The notes beneath the pieces were generated by a model. The model ran no database searches. It was not told the origin of the DNA and worked only from the letters and a program-made list of their open reading frames with translations. A stretch of 64,000 bases of DNA from NCBI GenBank assembly GCA_010909165.1, contig MU008200.1:62001-126000 (forward strand), given 5' to 3'. The position numbers and the translations under genes were made by a program. Position 1 is the first letter of the stretch, and each line of letters opens with the position of its first letter. Below, in pieces: positions 23,681-35,598 of this stretch. This stretch comes from Anthoceros angustus (Eukaryota > Plantae > Anthocerotophyta).

Positions 23681-24636
23681 GATGAAGAACTAGCCACACT
23701 ACGCCAGAGAGTATTGCTTTTGGGTGGCGAATTTCACCCCTGTCCTGTCCAAACTGAGACATGGACATGGTTGGTTAGCTCGTTTGGAGGCTTGCGATCT
23801 GGCTGGGTCACGTAGTCGGGCGAGCTCACCTGCGCTGCAAGGGACGAGCAGCTGCAGGAGATGAGGGATCGGGGGTGCAGACTTGGAATTTTGCTCAGAT
23901 CCGGTGTAATCGGATCAGCCTGATTCGCCCCGGCCTAGCACGAGGAGCACGCATTCTAAGGCAGCAACCATTTTGACTCAATTGCAGTTGCAATTGAGAT
24001 TGCGATTGCGGAGAGCTCCACGGATGGTGGCATGTGGGCATCCATGTGTGGAGGACGGTTGTGTGATGGGGCCCGCGTGCTTCGGGACTCGCGCGGCGGA
24101 AGTTTGTGTGGAGATTTAGCTCCTTCCGGGAACACAATTGCTCCGATGCCAGCAGGAAAATCAATGGCAGCTGGGACGCTGCCAAAGCTCTCCATTGTCT
24201 CCCCATAAAACCCCGCGGCGGACTCACAACCGACCCCAAGCCGGCAGTCAGCCAGTCAGCCAAAGGCGTTTTAAGAATTGCGCTGGGAAAGTTCAAAGAA
24301 GGTAGGTCATTGGATGGCGCCTTATTGGCAACTATCTCAACCTTTAGTAACGGGCAGCATCTACTGGTAGTAACTGCATACTCAATCGCTAAAGATATAG
24401 TAATTACCATACTTAGTAGAGTCTTGGGTATATAATCACCAAAGATATATAATAATTACTTTATTTGACTTAGTAGAGTCTGGGAGTATATGAAGGAGTG
24501 TGCTCCTAGTCTTGTACCCATCGCAGCTTATTTCTTTTATAAATAAGCTTGCCCCTTTGTCCCTTATCACAAATTTAAGGGGGGTAAAAAGTTTTTTCAA
24601 CTACTTAATATAACTTCTTCTACCCCATAGTATAAA

Positions 24637-25520
24637 ATGTCTACTCTTGTATATGGACTTCGTAAAGATATTATAAAAAATAGACATACAATATCATGTA
24701 ATTATATAGCAAACAACGTTCCATTGTACATAGAGGTTCTCCAGAATCACTGTTCTCAGCCTATGCCTAATACACTAAAGGTTTCAAACTCCAAGCTGAG
24801 TAGCAATGACACAACTGCATCCCGACGGCGTCAATACAAAAACATCACAATCCAAGACCCACTCTATAAATGCATTACAGAAGATGAAACATTGAAAAAG
24901 TATTGGAGAAATAGATATAAGCTATTCTCCAAGTATGATTGGGGTATCAAATTGGACAGGGAAGCATTATATTCAGTGACCCCTGAGGTCTTAGCGAAAC
25001 ACCAGGCATCGAGATGTCACCCACGCTCAAAAATTATAGACGGTTTTTGGTGCCGGAAATACTATACAATTTGCATTGCAAGGACATCAAGTTACTGACA
25101 ATTGACATCGACCACGAGAAGATTAATTTGCAAAACATAATGCCAAAATTTATGGAGTACAAGATCGTATTGAATTTATCGTTGGAGACTTTTTCAAACT
25201 TGCTCCCAAGCTAAAGGCGGACGTTGTTTTTCTTGCACCCCCATGGGGTGGACCAAACTACGATAGCAAATCGAGGGAGTTTGATTTGCAAACCATGTTG
25301 CAGCCAAAAGATGGCAAAACATTGTTTCGAACGGCACAACTCATTGCGCCAAACATTTTAATGTTTCTCCCTCGTAACACGTCTCTACCTCAACTTAAAA
25401 CATTGCCGCCAACTTATACATCAAGTTCTAACGACATTTTGAGGCGAAACCAACTACATAGATAATGGTTGCAAAGGACTTACTGTATTATGGAGATTTC
25501 CTTGCTCCTAAAAGAACTAG
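24637..25520 (+). pseudogene. TGS1: Intronless trimethylguanosine synthase (TGS1)-like methyltransferase domain, frameshifted as assembled, in an AT-rich island
   Basis: KYWRNRYKLFSKYDWGIKLDREALYSVTPEVLAKHQASRC, IIDGF..GAG.NTIQFA, IDIDHEKINL.KHNAKIYGVQDRIEFIVGDFFKLAPKLKADVVFLAPPWGGPNY, MLQPKDG, ILMFLPRN and the terminal ..YGDF. Confidence 0.82.
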
Positions 25521-25764
25521 ATTTTAGATAGATTAATGTATATTCTAGTTGAAAAAAAATTATAGCTCTTAATTTAGATTTTATAAATACAAGTAATAAA
25601 TTTATCCAATACTTAATATATTTATTTTTCTATAAATATTATTTTTTCTCTTAAATGCCTTATTTTTTCCCCTTTATGATGCGTTTTTTCCATGGATTGG
25701 AGACTATGAATCTGTATTAATGGGGGTGGTTGGGGCTAAGCTCTAGTCCAAGTCCCACATTCAA

Positions 25765-25765
25765 N
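25765..25765. other. Single N, a possible contig join
   Basis: 'tcaangtatt' coincides with an abrupt switch from AT-rich to balanced composition. Confidence 0.7.
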
Positions 25766-25857
25766 GTATTCAGGGCGAATCAGGTTAAAATGACGGTACG
25801 CGCCTACCACAAGCTGACGTTGGTGGACCTCCTCCCGGGCCGTGAACGGCCGGGAGT

Positions 25858-28800
25858 ATGTCTCGTTGGGGTAAACGCAAGGGTGTTCCCACGGATGACA
25901 AGGAAGAAGAAACAGCTCCCCTCAATAAAGGGACTCCGACTCATGCGCCTGATTCCTCATGGTATTAAGCTCCCATTGCCAGTCTCTATCCTCGTTCATT
26001 TTACTTCTAACGTTTCTGAAAATTCTCCAAAATCTGAAAGTCCCGGCGATGGTTGTGTCCACCAGGAGAAAGGGGTCCCCAGCTGTTTCCATCAACAAGC
26101 CAGGTTTTGGGAACTTGTCCTCTTCCCAGTCAGCCATGGCAGCTTGCAGTGCATTCAAGAATGTTAAAGAGCTCTCTTCTGGGGCACGGTTTCCAGGTCC
26201 CAATTCCGGAGGATCCAATTTGGTGAGCCTTCAAGAAGGCGTGTACCTTCAGTTTCATACTTGCAGTTGTTTGACGATCAGAAGCTCCTGGACTGCCTCA
26301 TTGATGATACAATGGTTCTGCTCATTTTATTCTCAGAAATCCAGTGCTCTTTATCAAAGATTTTCAACTTCCATCCAAGAGGGAAGAGGGCTTCCCTGTT
26401 CGGGGATTGTGCATCAACCTTCGGATAAGTGTCCCAGACCTAAAAGTCCCTCAAAGTTTGAAATAACCTCCTCCAAAGTGCCCCTGGACTTGAGCTTGAA
26501 GAAAACTGCTCGGGTGCTTTCACCAAGCTCGCTCCATTGGTGAGTTGGCATTTCAGTTTGCCGAGACTGCAAATTTGGCAGTGCAGCTGGTGAACAACAG
26601 TGTGGACCGGAGGACTTAACTGACTTTTGCTAGCTCCCTGGTCTTGAGCAGGTGCCACCAAATTAGTAGCACAAGTCAATGTCGCGGGTTGAAGCACTTC
26701 ACAGAGCTTTCCAGCTCTTCCATCGAGCTAAAACACAGCACCTCGGCTGAGTACAGACCTGATGGTTTAAACATCCCTGAACAGGTGGCAGCTGGTTTCT
26801 GGGAGGCGCTGCACTCATGGGTTCACCCTCCATCCTCTCTACCACCTAACATCATTTCTGCTGCTCGAGGAGCAGGGCAAGGTTTATTCTTTTGGTGCTT
26901 CTTACTGGGTTTGATGATAGAGGCGCGTCGTGATTTTGCAAGGGTTTGTTTCCGGGTCTGCTGACGTTCAGGTCCTTTCTTGCAGAAACGGCCTTTTATA
27001 CTGAAAGAAGCCGCATGTGGGAAGCTGCTCTGCAGTCACTGTATTATATGTTCCGTGGAAGACAGTGCAGCATCTTTTATGGTCTGAAATTTTGAAATGT
27101 GGTTTGCTGGTTATTTTAGCTCTTCATTTGGCACCTGACACCGGACGAATGTGCGTTGCAGTCTGTAGCCAGAACTTTGTGGTATTGTTTGTTGGCGGTG
27201 TGATCGGAGGAAGGTGTGAGGATGCTTGCAGTGCTTTCCTTACAAGATCAACCCGGGGTCTCCGTGCCCTGCTTAGCGGGGAGGTAATTCCACTGGGAGA
27301 GTAGTGTTGTTTCCAGGTGCGAGCTTCTGTTGTTGAACTAATAGCGGTGTGGCCTCTGTTGCAGGATGTGCAGTTCACCACGCCTCTTCTGAAGTCGGAT
27401 GTGAGCCCAGCAACGGGGCAGGAGTTGCTGGATCTGATTGAATTCGAAAAAATAAGGCCAGGGCAGGTTAGCTCCAGAATTCTTCACGTTAGAGGATTTG
27501 AGCGCTGGTTGGCATGGCTCTCTATTCTTTCTTGGACAACAACACTCTGTTCGTTGGCTGTGCTAGACAAGGTTGGTGGATTCACTTGCAGCATTTGATA
27601 ACAGTGTCTCCTCCATCTTGGCTTTTGATGGACCCAAGAATGTGCACAGCCTTTATGACTTCATTTTGAACCAGAGGTACTTTCAGCCTTGGCCTGTGGA
27701 CGACTATGACCTGGTACCGTATTTACTCGTCGGCTAAGCTTTTTGGTGTGGACAGGTTCTTAGCAGCTTCTTCAGCTACTGGTGATGTGCCCCTGCTTCT
27801 TTCTCCCACTCCTTTCGAGCATGCCACTCTGAATAAACCGGAGGTACGATGCAATTCCTCGTCTGCTGTCCCTGCCCATTGCCTCATTCTGGCGATCTGA
27901 CGGCATACTGTTCGACTTGTGATTACAGCTCAGCTGCAAACAAATGCAGCGCTCGGCCACAATGAGCCAATCAGGGCCAGCCAGCCGTGAGGGGATACGT
28001 TGGACATGGTGTATACGGTGGACGTGAAAGGAATGGTTCTGGCACCGTGGGTGATCAGCAGAATTTGTAACGTACTCGACGCTGCTCAGCCTCGTGGTTT
28101 CGAAATAAGGTAGATGAGTTGTCCCTGCAGAACGGCTTGTCCATCAAGGTTCGTAAGGATAAGGTCGCTAATTGCTGGTTGTGCGCACACCTGCGTGATG
28201 TTGGTTGCAGTTTCTCCACAGACCCGCTTACGGAAGGTCTTAATATCGCACAAGAACACGCAAGCGGCGAGAGGATTTGAGCGCTGGTTGGCATGGCTCT
28301 CTATTCTTTCTTGGACAACAACACTCTGTTCGTTGGCTGTGCTAGACAAGGTTGGTGGATTCACTTGCAGCATTTGATAACAGTGTCTCCTCCATCTTGG
28401 CTTTTGATGGACCCAAGAATGTGCACAGCCTTTATGACTTCATTTTGAACCAGAGGTACTTTCAGCCTTGGCCTGTGGACGACTATGACCTGGTACCGTA
28501 TTTACTCGTCGGCTAAGCTTTTGGTGTGGACAGGTTCTTAGCAGCTTCTTCAGCTACTGGTGATGTGCCCTGCTTCTTTCTCCCACTCCTTTCGAGCATG
28601 CCACTCTGAATAAACCGGAGGTACGATGCAATTCCTCGTCTGCTGTCCCTGCCCATTGCCTCATTCTGGCGATCTGACGGCATACTGTTCGACTTGTGAT
28701 TACAGCTCAGCTGCAAACAAATGCAGCGCTCGGCCACAATGAGCCAATCAGGGCCAGCCAGCCGTGAGGGGGATACGTTGGACATGGTGTATACGGTGGA

Positions 28801-29208
28801 CGTGAAAGGAATGGTTCTGGCACCGTGGGTGATCAGCAGAATTTGTAACGTACTCGACGCTGCTCAGCCTCGTGGTTTCGAAATAAGGTAGATGAGTTGT
28901 CCCTGCAGAACGGCTTGTCCATCAAGGTTCGTAAGGATAAGGTCGCTAATTGCTGGTTGTGCGCACACCTGCGTGATGTTGGTTGCAGTTTCTCCACAGA
29001 CCCGCTTACGGAAGGTCTTAATATCGCACAAGAACACGCAAGCGGCGAGAGGGATTTCCCCAACTGCGAGAAAGCTTCGTGCTACGCTGAAGAAATGCCT
29101 TACTCATCAGCTCTTGGTCGCGCGTCAGTGGCTCAGTTGAAACGTAGTGAAAACTGCTGGGTTGCCAGCGCCAGGGTGAACGAGTCACGGACTTGGAAGG
29201 CAGCCTGA
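25858..29208 (+). CDS. DONSON: DONSON (downstream neighbour of SON) homolog, multi-exon; 3' exons duplicated
   Basis: KVPLDLSLKKTARVLSPSSLHW, EALHSWVHPPSSLPP, WEAALQSLYYMFR, STRGLRALL, SILAFDGPKNVHSLYDFILN, DVPLLLSPTPFEHATL and SFSTDPLTEGLN match recalled plant DONSON blocks. The start codon (MSRWGKRK, 25858) is tentative. Confidence 0.82.
27491..29057. repeat. ~779-bp tandem duplication within DONSON
   Basis: 27491-28269 is repeated at 28270-29047. The differences I could see are homopolymer lengths. Junction microhomology AGAG(G)GATTT. Confidence 0.92.
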
Positions 29209-29341
29209 GTTCGAACCAAAATGTTCTTGAAGTTACTTTACTTGATAATCCTCACGCTCTCCCTCGGTAGACTAGGGTTCTCCTAGTAGCATTTGGTGTT
29301 TGGCGCGTCGGGAGATCAAGAAATCCGAGGAGCGCGGAGCT

Positions 29342-29790
29342 ATGGCGGGGAGTGAAGTGACGACGGCGGGGGGCACTCCCGTCACCACCTCTGCGGTGCT
29401 CATGTCCTCCTGGAAGCACATCAACGCGCGGTGCGCATCTCAGAACCGCGCGTTTTTGGAATGCAAGCGTGTTGATGCTGACCCGGAGAAGTGTCTGGCT
29501 CAGGGTCAAAAGGTTACGCGCTGCGTCGTCTCCTTGTAAGCTATCCTCCACCCTCGTTCTCTGCTATGCCGTTTCTGTTGGATCACGGATATGTCATAGC
29601 GAGTGAAGCGTAAGGTCGCTTGCTTATTACTGTCTTCGTTGGTTGCAACGTTGCCAGGCTGAAGGAGCTTCACGGCAAGTGTCCCAAAGCGATGGACGAG
29701 TTTACGAGGTGTATGGATTATTATTCCGGCGAGTTTAAGTTTTGTCGTGAGGAGCAGCAAGAGTTCGAGAGCGCTTGTTCAGTGGTGTGA
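29342..29790 (+). CDS. NDUFA8: Complex I subunit NDUFA8 (PGIV), CX9C protein, 2 exons (29342-29535, 29658-29790)
   Basis: TSAVLMSSWKHINARCASQNRAFLECKRVDADPEKCLAQGQKVTRCVVSL|LKELHGKCPKAMDEFTRCMDYYSGEFKFCREEQQEFESAC, four CX9C motifs. Confidence 0.93.
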
Positions 29791-29973
29791 GAGCATAGGT
29801 ACAACTGGATTGAGGTGGAAGTGGTGGAATTTGTTGGTAGTGGTGAAACTGTTCGAAGTATGTGCATGCAGTTAGAAATATTTGACCTAGAACAGATTTC
29901 CCATCTTTTTCGGTAAGCATCAGCGGAGACGCAGCTTTACAATCCCAGGCTCCTGGCCGAAGTTGCTGCTAGC

Positions 29974-31219
29974 CTAGTGTTTGTTCCCGCCCGGGTTACC
30001 ACCTTTGACAGAGGGAGCAGGCCAGCCAGGTCCGTTTTGGTGAGGGCCGCCCGGCGGAATAAAATCATGAGCAGGAAACTTGTCTTTGCCGTAATAGGCC
30101 ACCAAGACCGCCTCTCCCAATATATGACCATCCATAGCCTCGAGGGCCTCTTCTTTCGATGGCTGCACAGTGCACACGATCGTGCGCTTACTCATGAGTG
30201 GGAAAGCTTTAGCAAGGTAGGACGTGTCCCGGCGGGCAGGGCCTGCATACCTTATGACGAGTGTGAAGAGTAGTGTCCAGGGCGTAGAGTCTGAACTCAT
30301 AGCGATGAACACCCACAGGAGGATTTGGTCCGCGCCAACAGTGGAGTTTCCAATCATTCATGCCCTCCTTGATTTCAAGGTACTCCTTATCATTCTTCTC
30401 ATCCAAAGCCTTGGTCGAGAACCCAGCCGGAAGCCCTGCAGAGACCAATCAGTTGCAGCGGCAGTCAATGCAGGAGAGATGGAGTAGCAGCGCAGAAAAC
30501 CCTCGTCCATGACCAGCCTTATCCAACATGGCGCTAAGGGAAGGGCTACTGTATCGTTCAAATACCTTTCAGCGTTGAAGGGATATTAACCACTACCCTG
30601 TATACAATCAAGGCGGGGGTTCCTTTAGTGAAAGCAAGGAAAGGCAAGGCAAGGCCTCCAGGGATGAGTCATTCACCAATGCATACACGGTATAAGGCAA
30701 GGCAGGCAAAGCAAAGCAAAGGAAAGGCAAGGCCTCATGGATGAGTCATTCACCAATACATCCACGGTATAAGACAAGGCAGGCAAAGCAAAGGAAAGGC
30801 AAGGCAAGGCCTCCAGGGATGAGTCATTCACTAATGCATCCACGGTGTAAGGCAAGGCAGGCAAAGCAATGGCAAGGCAAGGCCTCCAGGGATGAGTCAT
30901 TCTCCAATGCATCCACAGTATAAGGCAAGGCAGGCAAAGCAAAGGCAAGGCAAAGCCTCCAGGGATGAGTCATTCACCAATGCACCCACGGTGCTATAGG
31001 ATCCGCAGGATCAGGCGCGTCTGGATCCTCCACAATCAGCGTCAAGCTCATGGTCCCTTCCGGCACTCCATACCACTCCAGCGGGGGAGATATATCCTTC
31101 TGCGCTCCCTGGCCTTCCTGCGTGAACTTCCTGGGGATTCTTCCACCCTGAGCAATGGCCGACGACACCAGTCTGAACTCCTGCTCCTCCCGCTGCATCT
31201 CAGAATCATATTGCGACAT
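29974..31219 (-). CDS. YbhB/YbcL-type PEBP (Raf kinase inhibitor-like; At5g01300-like), 4 exons
   Basis: KDISPPLEWYGVPEGTMSLTLIVEDPDAP..PWVHW|VVVNIP|GLP..EGMNDWK..WRGPNPPVGVHRYEFRLYALD|MDGHILGEAVL. Confidence 0.9.
30631..30992. repeat. ~73-78-bp minisatellite (5 units) in PEBP intron 1, including the exon/5' splice junction
   Basis: GATGAGTCATT recurs at ~30663, 30740, 30818, 30891 and 30964, separated by AAGGC-rich tracts. Confidence 0.9.
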
Positions 31220-32801
31220 TGTACTCAATTTGCAATTGCAACACACTGACAGTCCCGCGATGAGGAACACAAAGCCGCTTGCAACTCATGTGACTCTATC
31301 GTGCCGCCAAGGCGGCATTATCGCCTCCAAATGACACCTGGTATGTACCTAATTGACAGCATGGGTGCCACGTTAGCCTATAAGCAACACGTGTACAGCT
31401 CAGTCAGTGACAATGTAGAAGCGGTACCGATAATGGAGGGACCTGCAAGGCTTCCAGTTCACCTTTCCCTCAACGCCTGCGTTTACTCTCTTTTGCCGTC
31501 TCTTTCTACATATATGTAGATAATGTACATATGTACAATGCCGGTCTTTTAGCTCAGCAGATTCCTCGAATGTAGAGAGTCCTATCGAATCAGACTGGCT
31601 GTACAGCGAATCCTTCGCCGATTTGCCTACTCTTCCAGGGAATCCAGAGACAGGTCGCGCTGAGAAAAGCGGAACCTGTCTGCCCTACGCATTGGCACCC
31701 CAATCCTTGAAGATTATACGTCTGTACGCTTGGGCAACCTTCCACATGCCCACATGCCTCCCGCGGTTTGCATCCATGCCATCCTTGTCTTCTCCACTGT
31801 GGAGGTCGGTGTGCACGGCCATGGGAGCTCAAGGTTTGTACGATGCCCGACTAATACCTAAGAATCTTGCCTTTCTTGTGTGCCCCTTTGTATCCTCCAC
31901 TATCCCCGCTTTCCTTTCTATTTCACTTCTCGAGGGAAGCTCGTCTTGCCACCTGGTGGCCAAGTAGCCCTGGTGGTAGCCCGCTAGTGGCGTGCGCCGT
32001 CTGTGCTCCCAGGAGGTATTGCGTTCTTTTTCCTCTTGCAAGCGCCTTCTTGTCCACCTGCCTGAGCTCAACTACAGCCTCCTCCTGTGGCCGGGGTCTA
32101 GCTGTCATCAGAAACGTCTGGTACTCCGGGTGCAACTTCCTCGTGCAGGTGAACGTTGTTCGGGCGATCGCTGGCAGAGGGCCAGCGAATTTCATTGCGT
32201 GTTCTGGTGACACGGTAGAAGAATGCAGACACTGTAATTGTGTGCGAGGGGGCCGGGCCACACCGTTTTACAGGTACTCCAGAACGTTCCGCCGGTCAAG
32301 ACACACTACTCACTTGACAGGGAATGCTGCTTTCATGACGACTCCGGCTTTGGGATTGGAAAACATCTAACTCTCCGCATGCTTATGTGCAGACCACTCT
32401 ATGAGCAAATGCCGGCTATTTGACGAGGAATGACACCCGGCAATCCTGTAGGTGCTTCTCCCAATGTCTTGTCGGTCTCCGATGTGATTGGAGTGTTCCA
32501 CTTCAGAGGCTCAAAAACTGTACTTTCCATGCTATTGGTGGTGCTGAGGCTCGCCCCATATATGATGAGTGACTGGGAGCTTCCGGATTTGCGATGGTTA
32601 GATGCAACAGCTGATAATGCAGGATCAGAGCCTGTGCTCCCTGTGCCTCTCATGTCCGATGCTCACTTCAAAGCAACCACTCATTTGTGTGAAGGTAGAG
32701 GCAACCGCTGGCAGGAGTCTCTCGGAGCTCAGTTCAACCAAGTAGTGGAATGCAGCAGAATCGGTGCGGATCGTCTGCTGCAACAGGTTCCTCGCTCGCA
32801 G

Positions 32802-34332
32802 ATGGGTGTCAAACGTATAGCGTTTGAACCACAAGAGGAACAGCTCGGGGTTGCGGGAACTTGGTCGGATCCGATTTCACCAAATCCCCGGGAGGTTAGC
32901 AACTGCTGTATCAGGGGCCGACAAGGTGAAAGACTCTTCCTCACTTCAGCGGTCAGCCTTCTCCAGCATCGCGATAGCTGGACCGAAATGCTTGTTATCT
33001 CGTCTTCATTTTACCATCTCCCGCGCTTTCCTGACCCCATATAGCCAACTCTTTGGCAGGTGGGGACTTCCCGGACTCGCATCGGCTACCTTCTGCGCTT
33101 CTTCCCAGCGGATCCTCGACGTCCAAGAATCTAGGGGCTGTTACATGTCGTGGGGCCTTGGAACATCAACTCAAGCAGGGTACAACGAAGATGTCTGATG
33201 ATAGCAGGAGAGATTTGCAGGAAAGCTCCCATGGAGCTTTTAACAACACAAGCAAGGGTGGCCACACTTCCGACCACGACACCCATATATGGACAGAGAG
33301 GGAAAGACGGAAGAAAATGAACAGCATGTTTTCTACTCTTCATTCTTTGCTTCCAAATCATAGTGCAAAGGTATTACTGACTATGCTTATGTTTGCAGAG
33401 TCCTTCTACCTGCCTTTGGGCTAGAAATGGGAATGATCACTGATTTGATTGAGGTGCATGGCCTCTATCTTGTGATTGACTTGCTCTTGAAAATACAATG
33501 GTTGCTGTTGGCCATATCCGATGGCAAACGACCTCAATATCTCGCCTACCCACGGCAAGAACCGATTCACATTCTGAGACATATGTGTGCGTTGGTGGCA
33601 GGCTGACAAGTCAACTATCGTCGATGAAGCTATTAGTTACATTCAGACTTTGAAACAAACTAGAGAGGAGCTGAACAAACGCCGGTTCGAAGCTTCAGCT
33701 GGTGCAGGTGCTCATTTGCGTGTCCGGAATTCTGTGGTTACCCGCCACGATAGGATGATGTTGGCTTCCTGCGATACACCTCTTCAGCAGGCCGCGGTAC
33801 CTGTGCAACTGGCAGGGTCAGCTTCTAACCCCGTGTCGGCTGCTCCCTTAGAAGAAACCCGATGCATGCCCCGTAACTTTTCTGGCCCGGGACAGGTACA
33901 AGCTGGGCGTGGCAATCCAAGCTTTCAGACGTTGTCTTCCCCCAATGTGGTCCTTAATGTCTGTGGACATGATGCTTTCATTAGTATCTGCAGCGCCCGA
34001 CAGCCATGTCTACTGTCACAGATCTTATTTGTGATGGAGAAACACAAATTATTTGTCATGAACGCACATATCAACAGCACTCACACTAGCAGCCTCTACA
34101 TGATCCATGCTCAGGTCAGTGGACGCTGATTTCATGCTGAATGTCGCTAGTGTCTCCCCATTATATGTATGCGCTGCTGCCTTTGTGGTTTGCAAAGCTA
34201 CGCTGACAGCAGATCGTTGGGATGTAGCCTGTGGACGAGACTTGTCAAGACCTTGGAGATGACCACCTGAAGACGACGCTCGAGGACTTGTCCAACTGTT
34301 TGCTCTCAGTACACTTGCCACATCCGATTTAA
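32802..34332 (+). CDS. ZOU: ZHOUPI/RGE1-like (bHLH95 clade) bHLH transcription factor with ACT-like domain
   Basis: [30 protein letters not shown]|[17 protein letters not shown] and [29 protein letters not shown]. The core from ATG 33191 is firm. The upstream exon (from 32802) and last exon (34228-34332) are inferred from splice phase. Confidence 0.85.
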
Positions 34333-34919
34333 GCCCTCGAGGACTTTGTTTGTAAAGACGACAGACGGGACGTGCCTACATAGCGGTTTCCAAGCTTGCA
34401 CGTTAGGAAAGCTTGCTAGCTCCAGCTTGCACTTTTGCTTGTACTAGTAGGGTGCCCGATGAAAACTCTTCCTCGACAAAGTACCTATCCATGTCCCAGC
34501 ATCCACCTAAGGCCAACTGGCTTTGTCTACAGTGCTGTGTGTAGCCTCCGTCAATGACCTCCTCCAATCACACCCTTCCGATCACTTCGACCAAAGCTGA
34601 CCTACAAAACGTCCCTGGTAAGCAGCTTGCTATCCGTACCTTTATCGCTCCATGGGGCCAATTTGAACAGAAGAGGCTGTGTAATTCAACAGCTTTGAAT
34701 ATATTTAAGGGTCCATTGGTTCATTTGCTTTAGTCGGAGAAAATTCTTAGAGAACTCGTATGCACACCAGGCTCAGTCCTCTGAGGGCTAAGCCTCATGC
34801 ATTTATGCATAAATAAATACATTCGTTGATGAGACTTCTGTCCTGGACTGCGGAGCTAGCACGATATGCTCAGCAAGCGGATGGCTCTCTCAAAAGGTCT
34901 CGTACAATGACACCTAAAG

Positions 34920-35145
34920 CAAATGTGGAGCAAAGTGGCTGCATGTGTTTGACTCACTGCACCTTCAGAACGTGGTGTATTGGACTGAATTCATTGCTGA
35001 ATTCGCACGACAAGGAGACCACACAGCAACTTTGAAAGGCTTCAAACCAATGCAACTCTTAGGCATGAAGCCGAATGAGGACACTCTTTCAGTGCTCTCA
35101 TCATGCAGACTTTCTGGCATGAATTCATCTGGAGTGGGTCTTTGA
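34920..35145 (+). pseudogene. Degenerate PLS-PPR fragment (S-P2-L2)
   Basis: VFDSLHLQNVVYWTEFIAEFARQGD..MQLLGMKPNEDTLSVLSSC resembles VVSWNALIAGYARQG..MKPNEVTFLSVLSAC. Confidence 0.6.
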
Positions 35146-35598
35146 CGACCTCAAGGTCGTGCAGGGGCACCGAAAATCTGCTGCGAGCGATGCTGGTGCA
35201 GCCTACATGCATATACTGACCTGTGGTTGTCACTCTGCTTGCTTTGCACAAACATGAAAAAGTTGAACTCGGACGCCGAGGTTCTGATTCTATTGCAGCA
35301 CTTGTGGCCATGCTGGGCATGCCCGACTGTACACAGGAAAGCAAATGGCTCTCTGGGCAAGCTGAAGCGGAACGCTTTCTTCCTCGGTAAGGGTCAGAGT
35401 TGAGGATCAAAATTGGAGGTTGGGTTCGAGGTTATGGGTAACAGGATTAGGTTTAACCAATTTCGTAGTGCTCATGTACAACTTGAGCCAAAGGAGGCAC
35501 AACAACACTTCAACCAACATACATATGGAGCTAGCCAGCAGGGGCAATTAATGGGGTGTGATAGCGCGGATGTCAATACCGTGTACATCTCTAGTCAA

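Noticed and set aside
25922-26697. Minus-strand ORFs with a CxxC-like string suggesting a TE protein
   Set aside because: They are antisense to DONSON exons identified on the plus strand.
30631-30992. CRISPR-like regularly spaced repeats (also the 96-bp array at 38512-38950)
   Set aside because: The 'spacers' are themselves repeated, there are no cas genes, and the context is eukaryotic.
29974-31219. FT/TFL1/MFT florigen-type PEBP
   Set aside because: The motifs (SPPLEW, WVHWVV, YEFRLYALD) are YbhB/YbcL type.
31590-32400. Several overlapping 70-170-aa ORFs
   Set aside because: No recognisable domain or consistent splice pattern, so a gene cannot be supported.
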